Assembly: GCA_963846575.1 (NCBI GenBank)
Contig: CAWJWJ010000001.1
Location: forward strand, 192,001-256,000
Source: an uncultured Nitrospiraceae bacterium
GTDB lineage: Bacteria; Nitrospirota; Nitrospiria; Nitrospirales; Nitrospiraceae
DNA length: 64,000 nt
Direction of reading: 5' to 3'
In this document: piece by piece, positions 30,698 to 40,978 of the stretch
Layout: every line of letters begins with the position of its first letter
How positions within the stretch are numbered: the stretch's first letter is position 1
Position numbers and translations under genes: made by a program
Notes under the pieces: model-generated
What the model saw: the letters and a program-made list of their open reading frames with translations, nothing else
Told to the model about the DNA's origin: nothing
Databases searched by the model: none

Positions 30698-31020
30698 GCC
30701 TCCTCCTTTCACCAACTTCTTTGGCCATGGTTTACAGACCTCTGATCTCCTTGGCCCGTCCGCGACCGGTTGGACAGAGATGTGCGAGCCTTGTCGCTCC
30801 CCCTTTCTTCCGGTCTGATTCCGGTCTGATTCCGGTCAACTGCCGCGAAGTACCCCAGGGTCTTCCCGGAACTGCTGCAAAACGCCGCAACCGTCTCAGT
30901 GGCCAAGAGCCCACCTTGAAACCCTGCTCGGCACATACCGTCGTACCCGCCTCCCCCCAGGCATATCCGATGCAGACCTCATTCCAGAGAGAGATAACTC
31001 CAACCCGGGAGTAAAACAAG

Positions 31021-31065
31021 ATGCGGCTGATGATGGCCGTGGACGGCTCGGAATACTCCGACCCG
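31021..31065 (+). pseudogene. Possible N-terminal stub of a universal stress protein gene
   Basis: GGGAG SD then MRLMMAVDGSEYSD, the typical USP beta-1 motif; similarity then stops. Confidence 0.4.
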
Positions 31066-31296
31066 GGAACCGATCGGATGCCGGCCTTCCCGGGACCGCT
31101 TGAAGCCGGCATTGCCATGGGCGGGTTTTTTCTATATCTGTATAACCGGGGTTGGACCTGGGAGTTCCCGCCCGACCGGAGTGACGCCATCACTGAGCAC
31201 GGAGCCGGAAATGGCAAGGGCCGATGGGACGCATGGCCGTGAGCACGCGAGCGTACGGTGCCTATGCATGGAATCCAACCGGAGGAAGGAGCGCTT

Positions 31297-32145
31297 ATGA
31301 CGACGATCGGATCAGGCCAGCAGGTCAGCGACTATATGCACCGCCAATTGGAGGTGTTGCCGGAGGACGCGTCCGTCGTCTCCGTCGCCGCCAGAATGCG
31401 GGAGCGGAGCATCGGTTCCCTGCTGATCGAAACGGTCGATCGATCGCGCCATGACTGCCGGATCATCGGCATCGTCACCGAAACCGACCTCGTCGGGAAG
31501 GTGCTGGCCAAAGGCCGCGCCCCGTCGGAGACCCGCCTGACGGAGATCATGAGCAGCCCGCTGATCACCATCGGGCCGAACCGCCCGATGCTCGACGCGA
31601 GTCACTTGATGGAAACCAAGCGGGTGCGACACCTCGCCGTCTCCGAAGGGGCCGAGGTGCTCGGCGTGATTTCGGTGCGCGATCTGGTGCGGCATTTCGT
31701 GGAAGCCGACGGGGGACCGGTGCAGTCCCTGAACGATGTCTACCGTCCCTTGAGCGTGCTCATGAACAAGGCCATCATCACCATCGGCAGCGACGGCACC
31801 GCCCTCGCGGCCGCGCAACGGATGGCCGACAAACACATCGGAGCGCTGTTTGTGATGGAGGCCGAGCAACTGGTGGGAATCGTGACCGAGGCCGACCTCG
31901 TGCGGAAGCTCCTCGCTCAGCGGCTCGATCCGGCGACCACCAAGGTCGGCGCCCTGATGAATTCGCCGTTGCTCGACATCGACATCAACGGGACGATCCA
32001 TGATGCCAGCCAGCGCATGGCGGAGCATCGGATCCGGCATCTGGCCGTCACGGAAAACGGAAAAACCGTCGGCGTGCTGTCGATCCGGGATCTGGTGAAA
32101 ATGGTCTCGATCCGCGACCGCCCGGAGTTTTTACGTCGAGGGTGA
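31297..32145 (+). CDS. Four-CBS-domain protein
   Basis: Two CBS pairs: IGSLLI..GIVTETDL, VRHLAV..GVISVRDL, IGALFV..GIVTEADL, IRHLAV..GVLSIRDL. Confidence 0.92.
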   Translation: MTTIGSGQQVSDYMHRQLEVLPEDASVVSVAARMRERSIGSLLIETVDRSRHDCRIIGIVTETDLVGKVLAKGRAPSETRLTEIMSSPLITIGPNRPMLDASHLMETKRVRHLAVSEGAEVLGVISVRDLVRHFVEADGGPVQSLNDVYRPLSVLMNKAIITIGSDGTALAAAQRMADKHIGALFVMEAEQLVGIVTEADLVRKLLAQRLDPATTKVGALMNSPLLDIDINGTIHDASQRMAEHRIRHLAVTENGKTVGVLSIRDLVKMVSIRDRPEFLRRG

Positions 32146-32179
32146 TGCGCCGGCCCGGCAGGTTCACAGCGGCTGCGGA

Positions 32180-33433
32180 CTACTGATGAGGACGAGGGAC
32201 ACAGGACCTGGCATCCTGCACATGATAGTTCCCTCGTGCGACGACCGGATACAGGGAAAAGGCCGGAGTGTCGGCCGGCAGCAGGGCGGTCGTGACTCCG
32301 GGCAGGAGTTGCAGATGCATGTTGATGAAATTGAAGCTGAGCCCCTGTTGCCAGGGTTGGGTCCCGGCGCCGGCGTAGGCCGCGATCTTTTCAGTGGCAT
32401 AGGTTCTGGTCAACAGACCCGCTCCACCCTGCAATCCATATTCATGGAGATCGGGTGCCCCCTGGATGAGCAGAGAGACGGCGCTCGCATCGAACCAGAC
32501 CTTGATGTTGCACCCGATCTGCACGTAGGGGCCCAGGCTGTTGGTGCCCTCCAGAAAGGCCCGGGGCAATCCGACCTCGAAGGGCACGTCCTCCGCGACC
32601 GGTCGATCGACGGTGCCGAGATTCTGCTTCTGCATAGGGGACACCGACACGAACAGGAGGTGGGGATCCGAGAGATCCACGTCCAGGACTTGATCATCGT
32701 AATAACTGACCAGCCGCCCCATCTCATAGCGCAGTGGAAATGAATACCCGGTCTTCGCGTACCAGATGCGCAGGCCTCCCTCCAGCGGCTCTTCCGGCAA
32801 CCGGCTGATCTTGAGATCGAAGGGCAGCATCACGTGCCACGTGCCCGTACGAGCCTGCACGAAGGGCGCGCAGGCGCCGGGAAACTCCTTTGCCACGGCC
32901 GGATTCTCCGGTTCGAAGACGCGGGTCTGGCTCGAAAAATTCTGCGCCGTCTTGGCTTCCTTGGACAGCCGGTACTTCTGCTGGTAATAGAGTGCGGCAC
33001 GTTGCTGGGCGATCGACAGGAAGTAGTCCGGCATATCGGTTTCAACAACGATGCGCTGGCGCATGGGGATCCCCGGCTCCGCTCGCGAACGCTCCGGTTT
33101 CAAGGCCGCGTTGTAGACGTCGAGTTCGGTGGTGAGCCGCTGCATTTCCTGATGGATTTCCCGGGCCAGGACCGGATCATAGATGTGGGTTCGGGACAGG
33201 AGATCGGAGGCCTTCTGCAGGCAATCGAGCTTGTGACCGTACCGTTTCGGTTCATCAGCGAACGCCTCGGCAGTGGCCATGAACAGGTTGAATTCTTCTT
33301 CCGGCGTCAGGCCCAGCTTGGGGAAACTGTGATCCTTGATGAAGGCGAACGCCAGCGGGCCGAACGACTCTGCCCTACGGATGCAGAGGGTCAGGAGAAA
33401 ATTATAATGGGCCCGTGCTTCTTCCGGGGTCAT
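32180..33433 (-). CDS. Hypothetical protein: helical N-terminus + possible DUF6065/dUTPase-like beta domain
   Basis: 417-aa ORF; CAPFVQARTGTWHVMLPFDL and LPADTPAFSLYPV patterns. Domain call is tentative. Confidence 0.7.
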   Translation of the reverse strand: MTPEEARAHYNFLLTLCIRRAESFGPLAFAFIKDHSFPKLGLTPEEEFNLFMATAEAFADEPKRYGHKLDCLQKASDLLSRTHIYDPVLAREIHQEMQRLTTELDVYNAALKPERSRAEPGIPMRQRIVVETDMPDYFLSIAQQRAALYYQQKYRLSKEAKTAQNFSSQTRVFEPENPAVAKEFPGACAPFVQARTGTWHVMLPFDLKISRLPEEPLEGGLRIWYAKTGYSFPLRYEMGRLVSYYDDQVLDVDLSDPHLLFVSVSPMQKQNLGTVDRPVAEDVPFEVGLPRAFLEGTNSLGPYVQIGCNIKVWFDASAVSLLIQGAPDLHEYGLQGGAGLLTRTYATEKIAAYAGAGTQPWQQGLSFNFINMHLQLLPGVTTALLPADTPAFSLYPVVARGNYHVQDARSCVPRPHQ

Positions 33434-33702
33434 GGTGCAGGCTCTCCCGTGGGGATTCTATCGAGAGGACCGAATTGCTACAAGGGGGGTTGCAGTCGTC
33501 CGCCCGTACCGGGAGGCATCACGGCCTCCGGAACGCGCTGATAGAACGCGGCCTTCGTCGCGCGCCCCTGGACTGCCGATCTCCACGTTTTCATTGCACC
33601 GCATCGTCCGGAACGGTAGACTTCGCCGACATCCCTGTATGCCGCACAGTCTCGCATGACAGATCTGACCCCTCCCCTTCTCTTTTATGAACGGAGTTGC
33701 TG

Positions 33703-34458
33703 ATGTTGGAATGGCTGGCCAATCCTGAAATTTGGATCGCCTTGGGGACCCTCACGGCCCTGGAAATCGTGCTCGGAATCGACAACATTATCTTTCTCTC
33801 GGTACTCGTGAGCCGCCTTCCCGAACCCCAACGCGCCGTCGCACGCCGGGTAGGCCTCGGCCTCGCCATGATGGCGAGACTGGGACTCTTATTCTCAATT
33901 TCCTGGGTCATGGGACTGACGAAACCCTGGGTGACGATCCTCGGTCAGGGCATTTCCGGACGCGACTTGATCCTCATCGGGGGCGGGTTGTTTCTCATGG
34001 CCAAGGCTACGCACGAGATTCATAACAGCCTGGAGGGCGTCGAGGAGCAGGGTATGCCGGTCGCCGCGTCCAGCCTGGGCATGGTACTCATTCAGATCGC
34101 GCTCCTGGACATCGTCTTTTCGCTGGATTCAGTGATCACGGCGGTCGGTCTGGTCGACCATGTCTCCATCATGGCCATCGCCATCATCCTGGCCGTGATC
34201 GTGATGTTGATGGCAGCCAAGGCCATCGGCGATTTTGTCGATGCGCATCCCACGATCAAAATCCTCGCCTTGTCGTTTCTGATCCTCGTGGGCGTCACGC
34301 TGATGGTAGAGGGGTTCGATGTGCACGTGCCGAAAGGCTATATCTATTTCTCCATGGCCTTCTCCGTCACGGTCGAAATGCTGAACATCCGCATGCGACA
34401 AAAACGGAAAATTCCGATCAAACTTCACAGCCGCTATGGGGAGGATCGACGCCCGTAA
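33703..34458 (+). CDS. TerC family membrane protein
   Basis: LEIVLGIDNIIF, DIVFSLDSVITAVG, KGYIYFSMAFS. Confidence 0.95.
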   Translation: MLEWLANPEIWIALGTLTALEIVLGIDNIIFLSVLVSRLPEPQRAVARRVGLGLAMMARLGLLFSISWVMGLTKPWVTILGQGISGRDLILIGGGLFLMAKATHEIHNSLEGVEEQGMPVAASSLGMVLIQIALLDIVFSLDSVITAVGLVDHVSIMAIAIILAVIVMLMAAKAIGDFVDAHPTIKILALSFLILVGVTLMVEGFDVHVPKGYIYFSMAFSVTVEMLNIRMRQKRKIPIKLHSRYGEDRRP

Positions 34459-34533
34459 CGGGATCGCGCCGAAGGACATCGCGGACTCGACGACACCCTC
34501 ACCGAGCTGCCAGACCACATCCTGAGCGGGACC

Positions 34534-35088
34534 TCACTCCCCGTGAATACCTTCCGGCACGGAGAGCAGGTAGTTCGCGTCGGTTGATTCCTCCCACGTT
34601 CCGCCCGACTGGGACTGGCCCGTCGTCCATCCCCGCATGAACAGCAAGGTGAGCATCGGCTCCCTGGATGGGCCGATGGGAGAGGCGACCTGCTTCTGAT
34701 CCAGCACTCGGCCCACGACCGTCACCCTCGCCCAGCCTTTCCAGTGGTGAGGCAACGTGGAGCTATCCGACACCAGCACCCAATAGTATCCCGCTTCGAG
34801 GCCGCGGTTATCCGTCGGACGATGCGGTCGATAGTCCTTGTCCAAGGGTCTGTTCCTCAGGTGCAGCCAGAGGCGCGGACCGTCCTGCTTCTGATCGACC
34901 ACCACCCCGCCGAGGATGACGGTCTTGCCCTGGTAGGCGTCGGGTGACTCAGCCAAGGAGGTCAACGTCACCCCCGGCTCCGCCTGCCGCACGTATCGTG
35001 AGGGCAGGGAACTGCATCCCCCCAGGAGAACAAGCCACAGACCTGCCACGAGCGTTCGAGTGAGATGCGATGTCAAATCCGCCTCCAT
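34534..35088 (-). CDS. Slp family outer membrane lipoprotein
   Basis: Lipobox LGGC, PDAYQGKTVILGG, RPLD, VTVVGRV. Confidence 0.75.
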   Translation of the reverse strand: MEADLTSHLTRTLVAGLWLVLLGGCSSLPSRYVRQAEPGVTLTSLAESPDAYQGKTVILGGVVVDQKQDGPRLWLHLRNRPLDKDYRPHRPTDNRGLEAGYYWVLVSDSSTLPHHWKGWARVTVVGRVLDQKQVASPIGPSREPMLTLLFMRGWTTGQSQSGGTWEESTDANYLLSVPEGIHGE

Positions 35089-35113
35089 TCTATCCCTGTC
35101 CGGTGCGTTGCCA

Positions 35114-35923
35114 TCACGCCTGTCCCGGCATCCAGCCGCTGAGAGCACAGCGTCGCGCTATCAATGGTTTCATGCTCGCAAGATCATGCGAGACGACGGT
35201 CATCAGCTCGTCAGCCACCCGCGCGTCGTCGAAACATTCGTACGCATCGTCGAGAAAGCCGCCCCGCAAGAGCGGATGATAGAGAAACTGCGATCCCGGT
35301 CCACTGACGACTTCGAGAGGCCGCTCGACGACGTCGATCCGCTCGAGATTCAACCGCTCCAGCCACCCCCTTGCTTCCTCCGCCGATGGCCGCTCCGCGA
35401 CATGGGCCGCGAGTCGTTCCCTCTCCTTCGTGAGGCCCCGCCGGCCCATCTCCTGATCGATGCGCTGCCAGATCGATTCGAACGTGCCCAGCGAAGGGAA
35501 GGTCAACACGATCTGGCCGCCGGGTTCCAAATGCCGGATCAGCCCGCTGACCGCCTCGAAACGATGGGGCCGGAAGAACATGACGGAGAGATTGCCCGTG
35601 ATTCGCTGGAAGGTGGGAAAGGAGTCCGGCAGGGCTCTCATATCGAGACATTCGAAGCGGAGCCAGGGCAGCTCGTTCCGTTGAACGGCACGCGCGCTCG
35701 CCAACTGGCCCCGACTGGCATCGATGCCGACGACCGTTCCGGTCGGGCCGACCTGTTCCGCCAGGTAAAACGCGGGAATGCCGTGGCCTGAGGCGACATC
35801 GAGAATTCTCAGACCGGGACGCAAATCTAATTGGTCCAACAAGACTTCGGCAAAGGGCCTGGACCAGTCATCCTGTTGAGGGAGGGGCCAGCGGGGCGTG
35901 ATGGAAGGCGGAGACCCGTTCAT
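35114..35923 (-). CDS. Class I SAM-dependent methyltransferase
   Basis: ILDVASGHG motif I, VVGIDAS, LEPGG. Confidence 0.85.
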   Translation of the reverse strand: MNGSPPSITPRWPLPQQDDWSRPFAEVLLDQLDLRPGLRILDVASGHGIPAFYLAEQVGPTGTVVGIDASRGQLASARAVQRNELPWLRFECLDMRALPDSFPTFQRITGNLSVMFFRPHRFEAVSGLIRHLEPGGQIVLTFPSLGTFESIWQRIDQEMGRRGLTKERERLAAHVAERPSAEEARGWLERLNLERIDVVERPLEVVSGPGSQFLYHPLLRGGFLDDAYECFDDARVADELMTVVSHDLASMKPLIARRCALSGWMPGQA

Positions 35924-36041
35924 GGAATTCCTTTCGCGAGATCGTCATCGGTCCCACATGGTCGTGTTCAGATCCCGGGACCCCGGCGAGACGTCACCGG
36001 CCCGCATGATCGTAGGACCGGACGAAGCCCGGTCCGCAGGG

Positions 36042-37055
36042 TTACTTGATGCCGATCACCATCGAATCCGGTCCTGCCAACTTTTCCACCGTCGTTCGCT
36101 TGAAACCGGCTTCTTTCATCCACCGCTTACAATCCGCCCCGGTGAAATCGAATCCTCCGTGCGTCTCGATGAGCATGTTCAGACTCATCAGGAGTCCGAA
36201 GGCGTTTTGTTTGCGAGCATCGTCGATGAGGGCTTCATGCACGATCACCGCTCCGCCCGACGGCAGCGCCTCGTAGGCTTTGCGTAGGAGCATCATCTTT
36301 TCATCGAGGTCCCAATCATGAAGAATGTGTCCCATGATCAGGACATCGGTCTTGGGTAGCGGATCTTTAAAGAAGTCCCCCGGATGGAACGTCAACCGCT
36401 TCTCGACCTTTTTCGTTCGGGCATAAACGTCAAACACCGGCTGCACGACAGGGAGATCCATGCCCTGCCCGGTCAGATGCTTCTGCGCCAGGGCGATCTC
36501 GACCGCCACGCCGCCCTGCGCGCACCCGACATCGGCGAAGGAACGATATTTCTTCCAGGGAAACTTTCGTGCAATGGCCCTGGCCGTCCCCTGGCTGAGG
36601 CCGGTCATGGCCTTGAGAAACCCTTCGAGACGCTGAGGGTCGCCGTAGAGCGTGCGGAAGAAGTCTTCGCCCGTCTTCACCTCATTCTGCGGCTTGCCGG
36701 TGCGAAGCCCTTCCGTGAGCGATCCCCAGAACCGATAGAGCCGGGCATTGGACATCTCCAACATGCCGCCGACATAGGAGGGTTTGGTCCGGTCCAGAAA
36801 GAGGGCCGTCTCGCGGGTATTGGCATACCGCGTCCCGACTCGTTTGAGCATACCGAGCGCCACCAAGGCGTCGAAGAAGTCCCTTGCGCTTCGCGGATGC
36901 AGTTCCAGCCGTTTGGTCAATGCCCCGGCATCGAGCGGCTTTTTGGCCAACTCCGTGAACAGACCGAGCTCTACGGCGCTGAGCAAGGTCTTCGAGCCCC
37001 AGAATCCGATCCCCAGTCGCATGATTCCATCGGGAGTGATTGCGCGAGTCGCCAT
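36042..37055 (-). CDS. O-methyltransferase family 2 (dimerisation domain + Methyltransf_2)
   Basis: [35 protein letters not shown]. Confidence 0.9.
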   Translation of the reverse strand: MATRAITPDGIMRLGIGFWGSKTLLSAVELGLFTELAKKPLDAGALTKRLELHPRSARDFFDALVALGMLKRVGTRYANTRETALFLDRTKPSYVGGMLEMSNARLYRFWGSLTEGLRTGKPQNEVKTGEDFFRTLYGDPQRLEGFLKAMTGLSQGTARAIARKFPWKKYRSFADVGCAQGGVAVEIALAQKHLTGQGMDLPVVQPVFDVYARTKKVEKRLTFHPGDFFKDPLPKTDVLIMGHILHDWDLDEKMMLLRKAYEALPSGGAVIVHEALIDDARKQNAFGLLMSLNMLIETHGGFDFTGADCKRWMKEAGFKRTTVEKLAGPDSMVIGIK

Positions 37056-37246
37056 GATTGCATTCCTTTCAGAAGAGGAGAAAAAACCCACAGAGGCTAC
37101 GTCGCGCGCGGATTCCTGTCAACTGATCCCTTTTCGCCGCCGGGCGAGCCGGTGCCGGACCGCCTGGCCGGGGATTCGCCTAGTTACCACCGACCGCTCT
37201 TACTGCCTAAATTAGGGTCACGTTGGATGAGGTGCCAGGTACGACG

Positions 37247-37918
37247 ATGAAGATATCCAGGCTGCTGCAAACAATTCTCGGCATCGCGCTGCTTGCCGGC
37301 TGCTCGACCACCTATGAGCCGCACCTCATTTTGCCGCCCTCCACCTTCGATCGGTCGATCGACGCCAGCGTGGAGGTCCATCCCTTCCAGGCCTCCGAGG
37401 ACCTCGTTTCGGGCCATTCCCCCTATGGGGTCGTCGCTGAGGACTACGAGAACAAAACGCCGTCGCAGTTGAATCACGCCCTCACGGAGCAGGTTGTGAC
37501 CGAACTGTCAGCCAACCATGTATTCCGCAAGGTGAGTACCTACGAACCAGACCCGGATTTGATCCTCACGGGACGGATCGAGCAGTTTTTTGAACATGAC
37601 CGCCGCAAGCTCTGGACATTTTTTCCTTACTACTCGGATAAAATCGCCGGCCTCTTCCGGGTGAACACCTACAAGACGAATGGAGAAATTCGTCTCACGA
37701 TGATCCTGCTGAAGCCCTCGGGTGAAGTGGTCGGATCCTATACCGGCCGGGTCCAGTTTGACGAAGATTACACGCCCAACGGGGAGGTACGCCCGGGCGA
37801 TCGTCTCAATCGCGCGTTAGGACAGGCCCTGGCTCAGATACGCGACGACATGTTCGCCGACGCAGCCCTCCCGAAGACCCGGAAGCCGGCACCTCTCGCT
37901 CGTCAGCAGCCGTCCTGA
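37247..37918 (+). CDS. Hypothetical lipoprotein
   Basis: Lipobox LLAGC after a signal peptide. Confidence 0.75.
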   Translation: MKISRLLQTILGIALLAGCSTTYEPHLILPPSTFDRSIDASVEVHPFQASEDLVSGHSPYGVVAEDYENKTPSQLNHALTEQVVTELSANHVFRKVSTYEPDPDLILTGRIEQFFEHDRRKLWTFFPYYSDKIAGLFRVNTYKTNGEIRLTMILLKPSGEVVGSYTGRVQFDEDYTPNGEVRPGDRLNRALGQALAQIRDDMFADAALPKTRKPAPLARQQPS

Positions 37919-37970
37919 TAGACGTGAACCTGCCTGCGTGATGTCGCGGCATGACTGCGCATCCGACTGC

Positions 37971-38171
37971 CTACTCCCCGCTCGCTTCCAATTCTTGGAC
38001 CACAAGTCGTTCGGCTGTCGCCCCGGCGGCGGGTGCCACTGTAGGGGTGCTCTGTCCGCTGACCTGAACGAGGGAGAATACGTTTACCTTCGGCGTCGGA
38101 GGTGCGCAAGCCTCCAGCAACAAAAGGATCATCAAATCGAAGAACAGGACCATGACGGCGGCGCGTGTCAT
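37971..38171 (-). CDS. Small hypothetical (lipo)protein, possibly truncated
   Basis: Very strong AAAGGAGG SD, hydrophobic N-terminus with LLEAC; 66 aa. Confidence 0.4.
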   Translation of the reverse strand: MTRAAVMVLFFDLMILLLLEACAPPTPKVNVFSLVQVSGQSTPTVAPAAGATAERLVVQELEASGE

Positions 38172-38525
38172 TGTCTCCTCCTTTCCGATGGCCTTGTCGG
38201 ACATCGTTCCACCGATGGCCATAGCCGTGCCCCGGGAGCCCCGCTGATGGCATGATAGCACCGGGGGAGTCCTGTGCCTCTGCCTCCCGCACACACGGTC
38301 CGGGGCCGCGTAGCGGAAAAATTCTGCACCCTTCCCTTGCCACTGACGCAAATCTCCACAGTGGTTGGCCCGATCCGCTTTGCAGGGGACGTGATGGCGA
38401 CAACAGCGCGGCACGGTCCGGGTTACCCCGTGAGGCTCCATCTTTCCACAGGTTCCACTCGTAAATTGAGCCTCAGGAGTGCGCGGCTCTCCAACTTTTG
38501 CCCCACGGCCTTCGAAAGTTCTTAC

Positions 38526-38541
38526 TGGCACCAGGCTTGCT
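38526..38541 (+). promoter_or_regulatory. Putative sigma-54 promoter of the CBS gene
   Basis: TGGCACC-AGGC-TTGCT, about 65 bp before ATG 38607. Confidence 0.65.
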
Positions 38542-38606
38542 CCCTCATCCGGAGGTTCCGCCGGTCATTGTTGCGCCCGCTACGAGGGCTGACGAGGGAG
38601 GGTCCC

Positions 38607-39044
38607 ATGAGAGCCACAGAATACTTCGTGCATGGCTGTGACCCGAAAACATTGGTCGTCCGTCAGATCATGGAAGATGCCGTTGTGCAGGTGAGTCCGG
38701 CCTCAAGTGCCATGGCCGTCGCAGAACTCCTGAGCGAGCAGCATTTCGGCAGCGTGCCGGTGACCGAGCCGGACGGAACATTACGGGGATTGGTGACGGA
38801 GTTCGATCTCTTGAAGGCGGTCGAACAGGACAAAGATCTCCGACAGGTCCCGGTGTCCGACATCATGACTCGCGAGGTGGTCACCACTACGGAAGACATG
38901 TCATTGATGAATGTGATCCATCTTCTGCAAGAACGGCATCTCATCCGCGTACCGGTTGTGAGGGGCCGCAAGCTGGTAGGCATGGTGGCACGCCGTGATG
39001 TCGTGTTCGGATACGTCAAGTCGCAAGCCGTATACTGGCCATAG
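38607..39044 (+). CDS. CBS domain pair protein
   Basis: FGSVPV..GLVTEFDLL, LIRVPVV..GMVARRDVV; GGAGG SD. Confidence 0.9.
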   Translation: MRATEYFVHGCDPKTLVVRQIMEDAVVQVSPASSAMAVAELLSEQHFGSVPVTEPDGTLRGLVTEFDLLKAVEQDKDLRQVPVSDIMTREVVTTTEDMSLMNVIHLLQERHLIRVPVVRGRKLVGMVARRDVVFGYVKSQAVYWP

Positions 39045-39133
39045 ACGTCGCTCCATCACTCGCAGGGAACTCTTCACGCAGCTCTCAACCGGCCCCCGGG
39101 AGATACCGGGTCATCCCGGAACGGATCTTCCCG

Positions 39134-39328
39134 TCACAACGGCCCGGCAGAAACATCCTGGCGCCGCCGATGTGTTGAGTCGGCGATGATTTCGCCGCAT
39201 TCCGCACAGCGGACCTTCTCGATTTCTTGTCCCGTTTCAGTGCGGATCCGGTCAACGAGTCGCTTATGCAGACAGGCGGTAGAAGCGGGAACCACGGCGA
39301 GGCAAGGATCAATGTGTGGAGTATGCAT
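39134..39328 (-). CDS. Small putative zinc-binding protein
   Basis: GGAGG SD; CLH..x..CAEC arrangement; 64 aa. Confidence 0.55.
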   Translation of the reverse strand: MHTPHIDPCLAVVPASTACLHKRLVDRIRTETGQEIEKVRCAECGEIIADSTHRRRQDVSAGPL

Positions 39329-39507
39329 GGAGACCTCCAGCGCTATCTCGTGGCGCGGATCATAACAAAAGTTCACATCCGCATCCATGGGAAATACGGG
39401 GAAAAGCGGCCCGTCGCAGCTCCCCTAGATGCTGGTGCGCCGGCGAACCTTCACCCCATATATTGAGGAGAGAAGGTGGATCGAATCGAAACCTGACAGG
39501 CGAAACT

Positions 39508-40161
39508 TCACTCAGCAGACAACGGATTCGAAGGCTTGGACTTGAGGACGGCGAAGGCCGCCACCATCGTGAAGAGGGCCCCGGCGAACGCGGCCAGCAT
39601 ATCCTTCTGCGCATCCCACTCATCGCCTTGCGTCCCGAGGTACATGCTGCCTAATTCAGGACTGACAATCATCGCCACCGCCGCTTCGATCACTTCGAAA
39701 AATCCGCTCTGAGCCAGAATCCCGCTGGCCGGCAGATAATAGGACCACAAGCCCTTGATACCGGCCAGCCGAACGAGTAATTCGCGAAGGGGATAGACGA
39801 GCAGCAGGCCGTAGGCGAAATGCGCAATCCGGTCGAACGGATTCCGGCTTAAATCCAGCATATCCTGCAGCCAGAATCCCGCGGGAACTTTCGCATAGGT
39901 GTAATGGGCACCGATCGCATGGAACACCAGGAACAGCGCAATGAGGCAGTAGGATGTCAGGGACAAAGTGAAGCGCCGATAGGACAGAACCAGCACCGCT
40001 ACGAATCCTACGGCCAAGATATTTTCGAGGAGCCAATCCTGACGGTCGACCGGATCCACGGCCAGCGCGGCCCAGAACAGCCCATAGGCCAGCAACAGCC
40101 CGATCAGCACGTTCCGGTGATCTTCTCTCGCGTTGCCCTGGCCGGTCTTCTCGACAACCAT
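39508..40161 (-). CDS. DUF2238 family membrane protein
   Basis: DRQDWLLEN, HAIGAHYTY, RNPFDRIAH, LGTQGDEWDAQKD. Confidence 0.88.
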   Translation of the reverse strand: MVVEKTGQGNAREDHRNVLIGLLLAYGLFWAALAVDPVDRQDWLLENILAVGFVAVLVLSYRRFTLSLTSYCLIALFLVFHAIGAHYTYAKVPAGFWLQDMLDLSRNPFDRIAHFAYGLLLVYPLRELLVRLAGIKGLWSYYLPASGILAQSGFFEVIEAAVAMIVSPELGSMYLGTQGDEWDAQKDMLAAFAGALFTMVAAFAVLKSKPSNPLSAE

Positions 40162-40171
40162 ATCGTCCAGA

Positions 40172-40810
40172 CTACTCTGAAAGCGCCGCCTCGGATTCCA
40201 GCATCGACTCCGCCCCTCGTAACGCGCGCACGATTAAGAGCAGCGTCATGCAGATCAACGCGCCGTACAAAGCGGCGGCCATATCCTTCTGCGCATCCCA
40301 GATATCTCCCTGCGAACCTAAGTAGGTGATCCCCAGATCCGGGTGCAACGCACTGGCGACCCAGGACTCGATGATCTCCCAGAGTCCGCTCAATCCCAGG
40401 ACCGTCATCACGGGCAGATAATACAACACCCATCCCCGCACGCGGGCACTGATACGAAACAACTCCTCCATGGGATAGGCCATCAGGAAACCGAAACTGA
40501 AATGTACGATCCGGTCGAAGTGATTGCGTCCGAGATGGAACACCTGGTCCATCCACAAACCGACCGGCACCTCCGCATACGTATAATGTACGCCGATGGT
40601 GTGCAACGTGAGAAACGCGGTAATGAGGGCGTAGGAGACGTGAGACAAGGGCAGGATTCGATGAGTGACGACCAGCATGACCACAAAAACCGCCGGCAGA
40701 ATGCTCGCGATCAGCCAGAATTGAGGATCGACGGGCGCTTGTGCCATCCACACCGACACCAGCACATACCAGGATAACAGACCGATCGACACAATCTTGT
40801 TGCGACCCAC
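40172..40810 (-). CDS. DUF2238 family membrane protein (tandem paralog)
   Basis: HTIGVHYTY, RNHFDRIVH, WEIIE, LGSQGDIWDAQKD; GTG start with AAGGAG SD. Confidence 0.88.
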   Translation of the reverse strand: MGRNKIVSIGLLSWYVLVSVWMAQAPVDPQFWLIASILPAVFVVMLVVTHRILPLSHVSYALITAFLTLHTIGVHYTYAEVPVGLWMDQVFHLGRNHFDRIVHFSFGFLMAYPMEELFRISARVRGWVLYYLPVMTVLGLSGLWEIIESWVASALHPDLGITYLGSQGDIWDAQKDMAAALYGALICMTLLLIVRALRGAESMLESEAALSE

Positions 40811-40978
40811 CGTCGGAGCTCCTTTGTGAATGTTGTAACAGGGCGGAACGCGCCGGTTACAGGCAGGGGACGGCAGACCTTATTACTCTACTGGATGGGA
40901 GGGCCTGCTGCAACCGCCGCTCGATGGGGTCGCCCGGCACAGAGCGGGAACAGTCGCAGCAGATCAGGTCACAACCCC

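Noticed and set aside
30809..30837. Short direct repeat TCCGGTCTGAT x2.6
   Set aside because: Too short and without spacers, so not CRISPR; probably a slippage duplication.
33478..33690. Possible yybP-ykoY (Mn2+) riboswitch upstream of the TerC gene (AAGGGGGGTTGC resembles AAGGGGAGTAGC)
   Set aside because: I could not find the other conserved elements or the closing stem by eye; an Rfam cmsearch is needed.
40834..40861. TGTAAC...GTTACA inverted repeat upstream of the DUF2238 pair
   Set aside because: Single weak instance; cannot distinguish operator, hairpin or chance.
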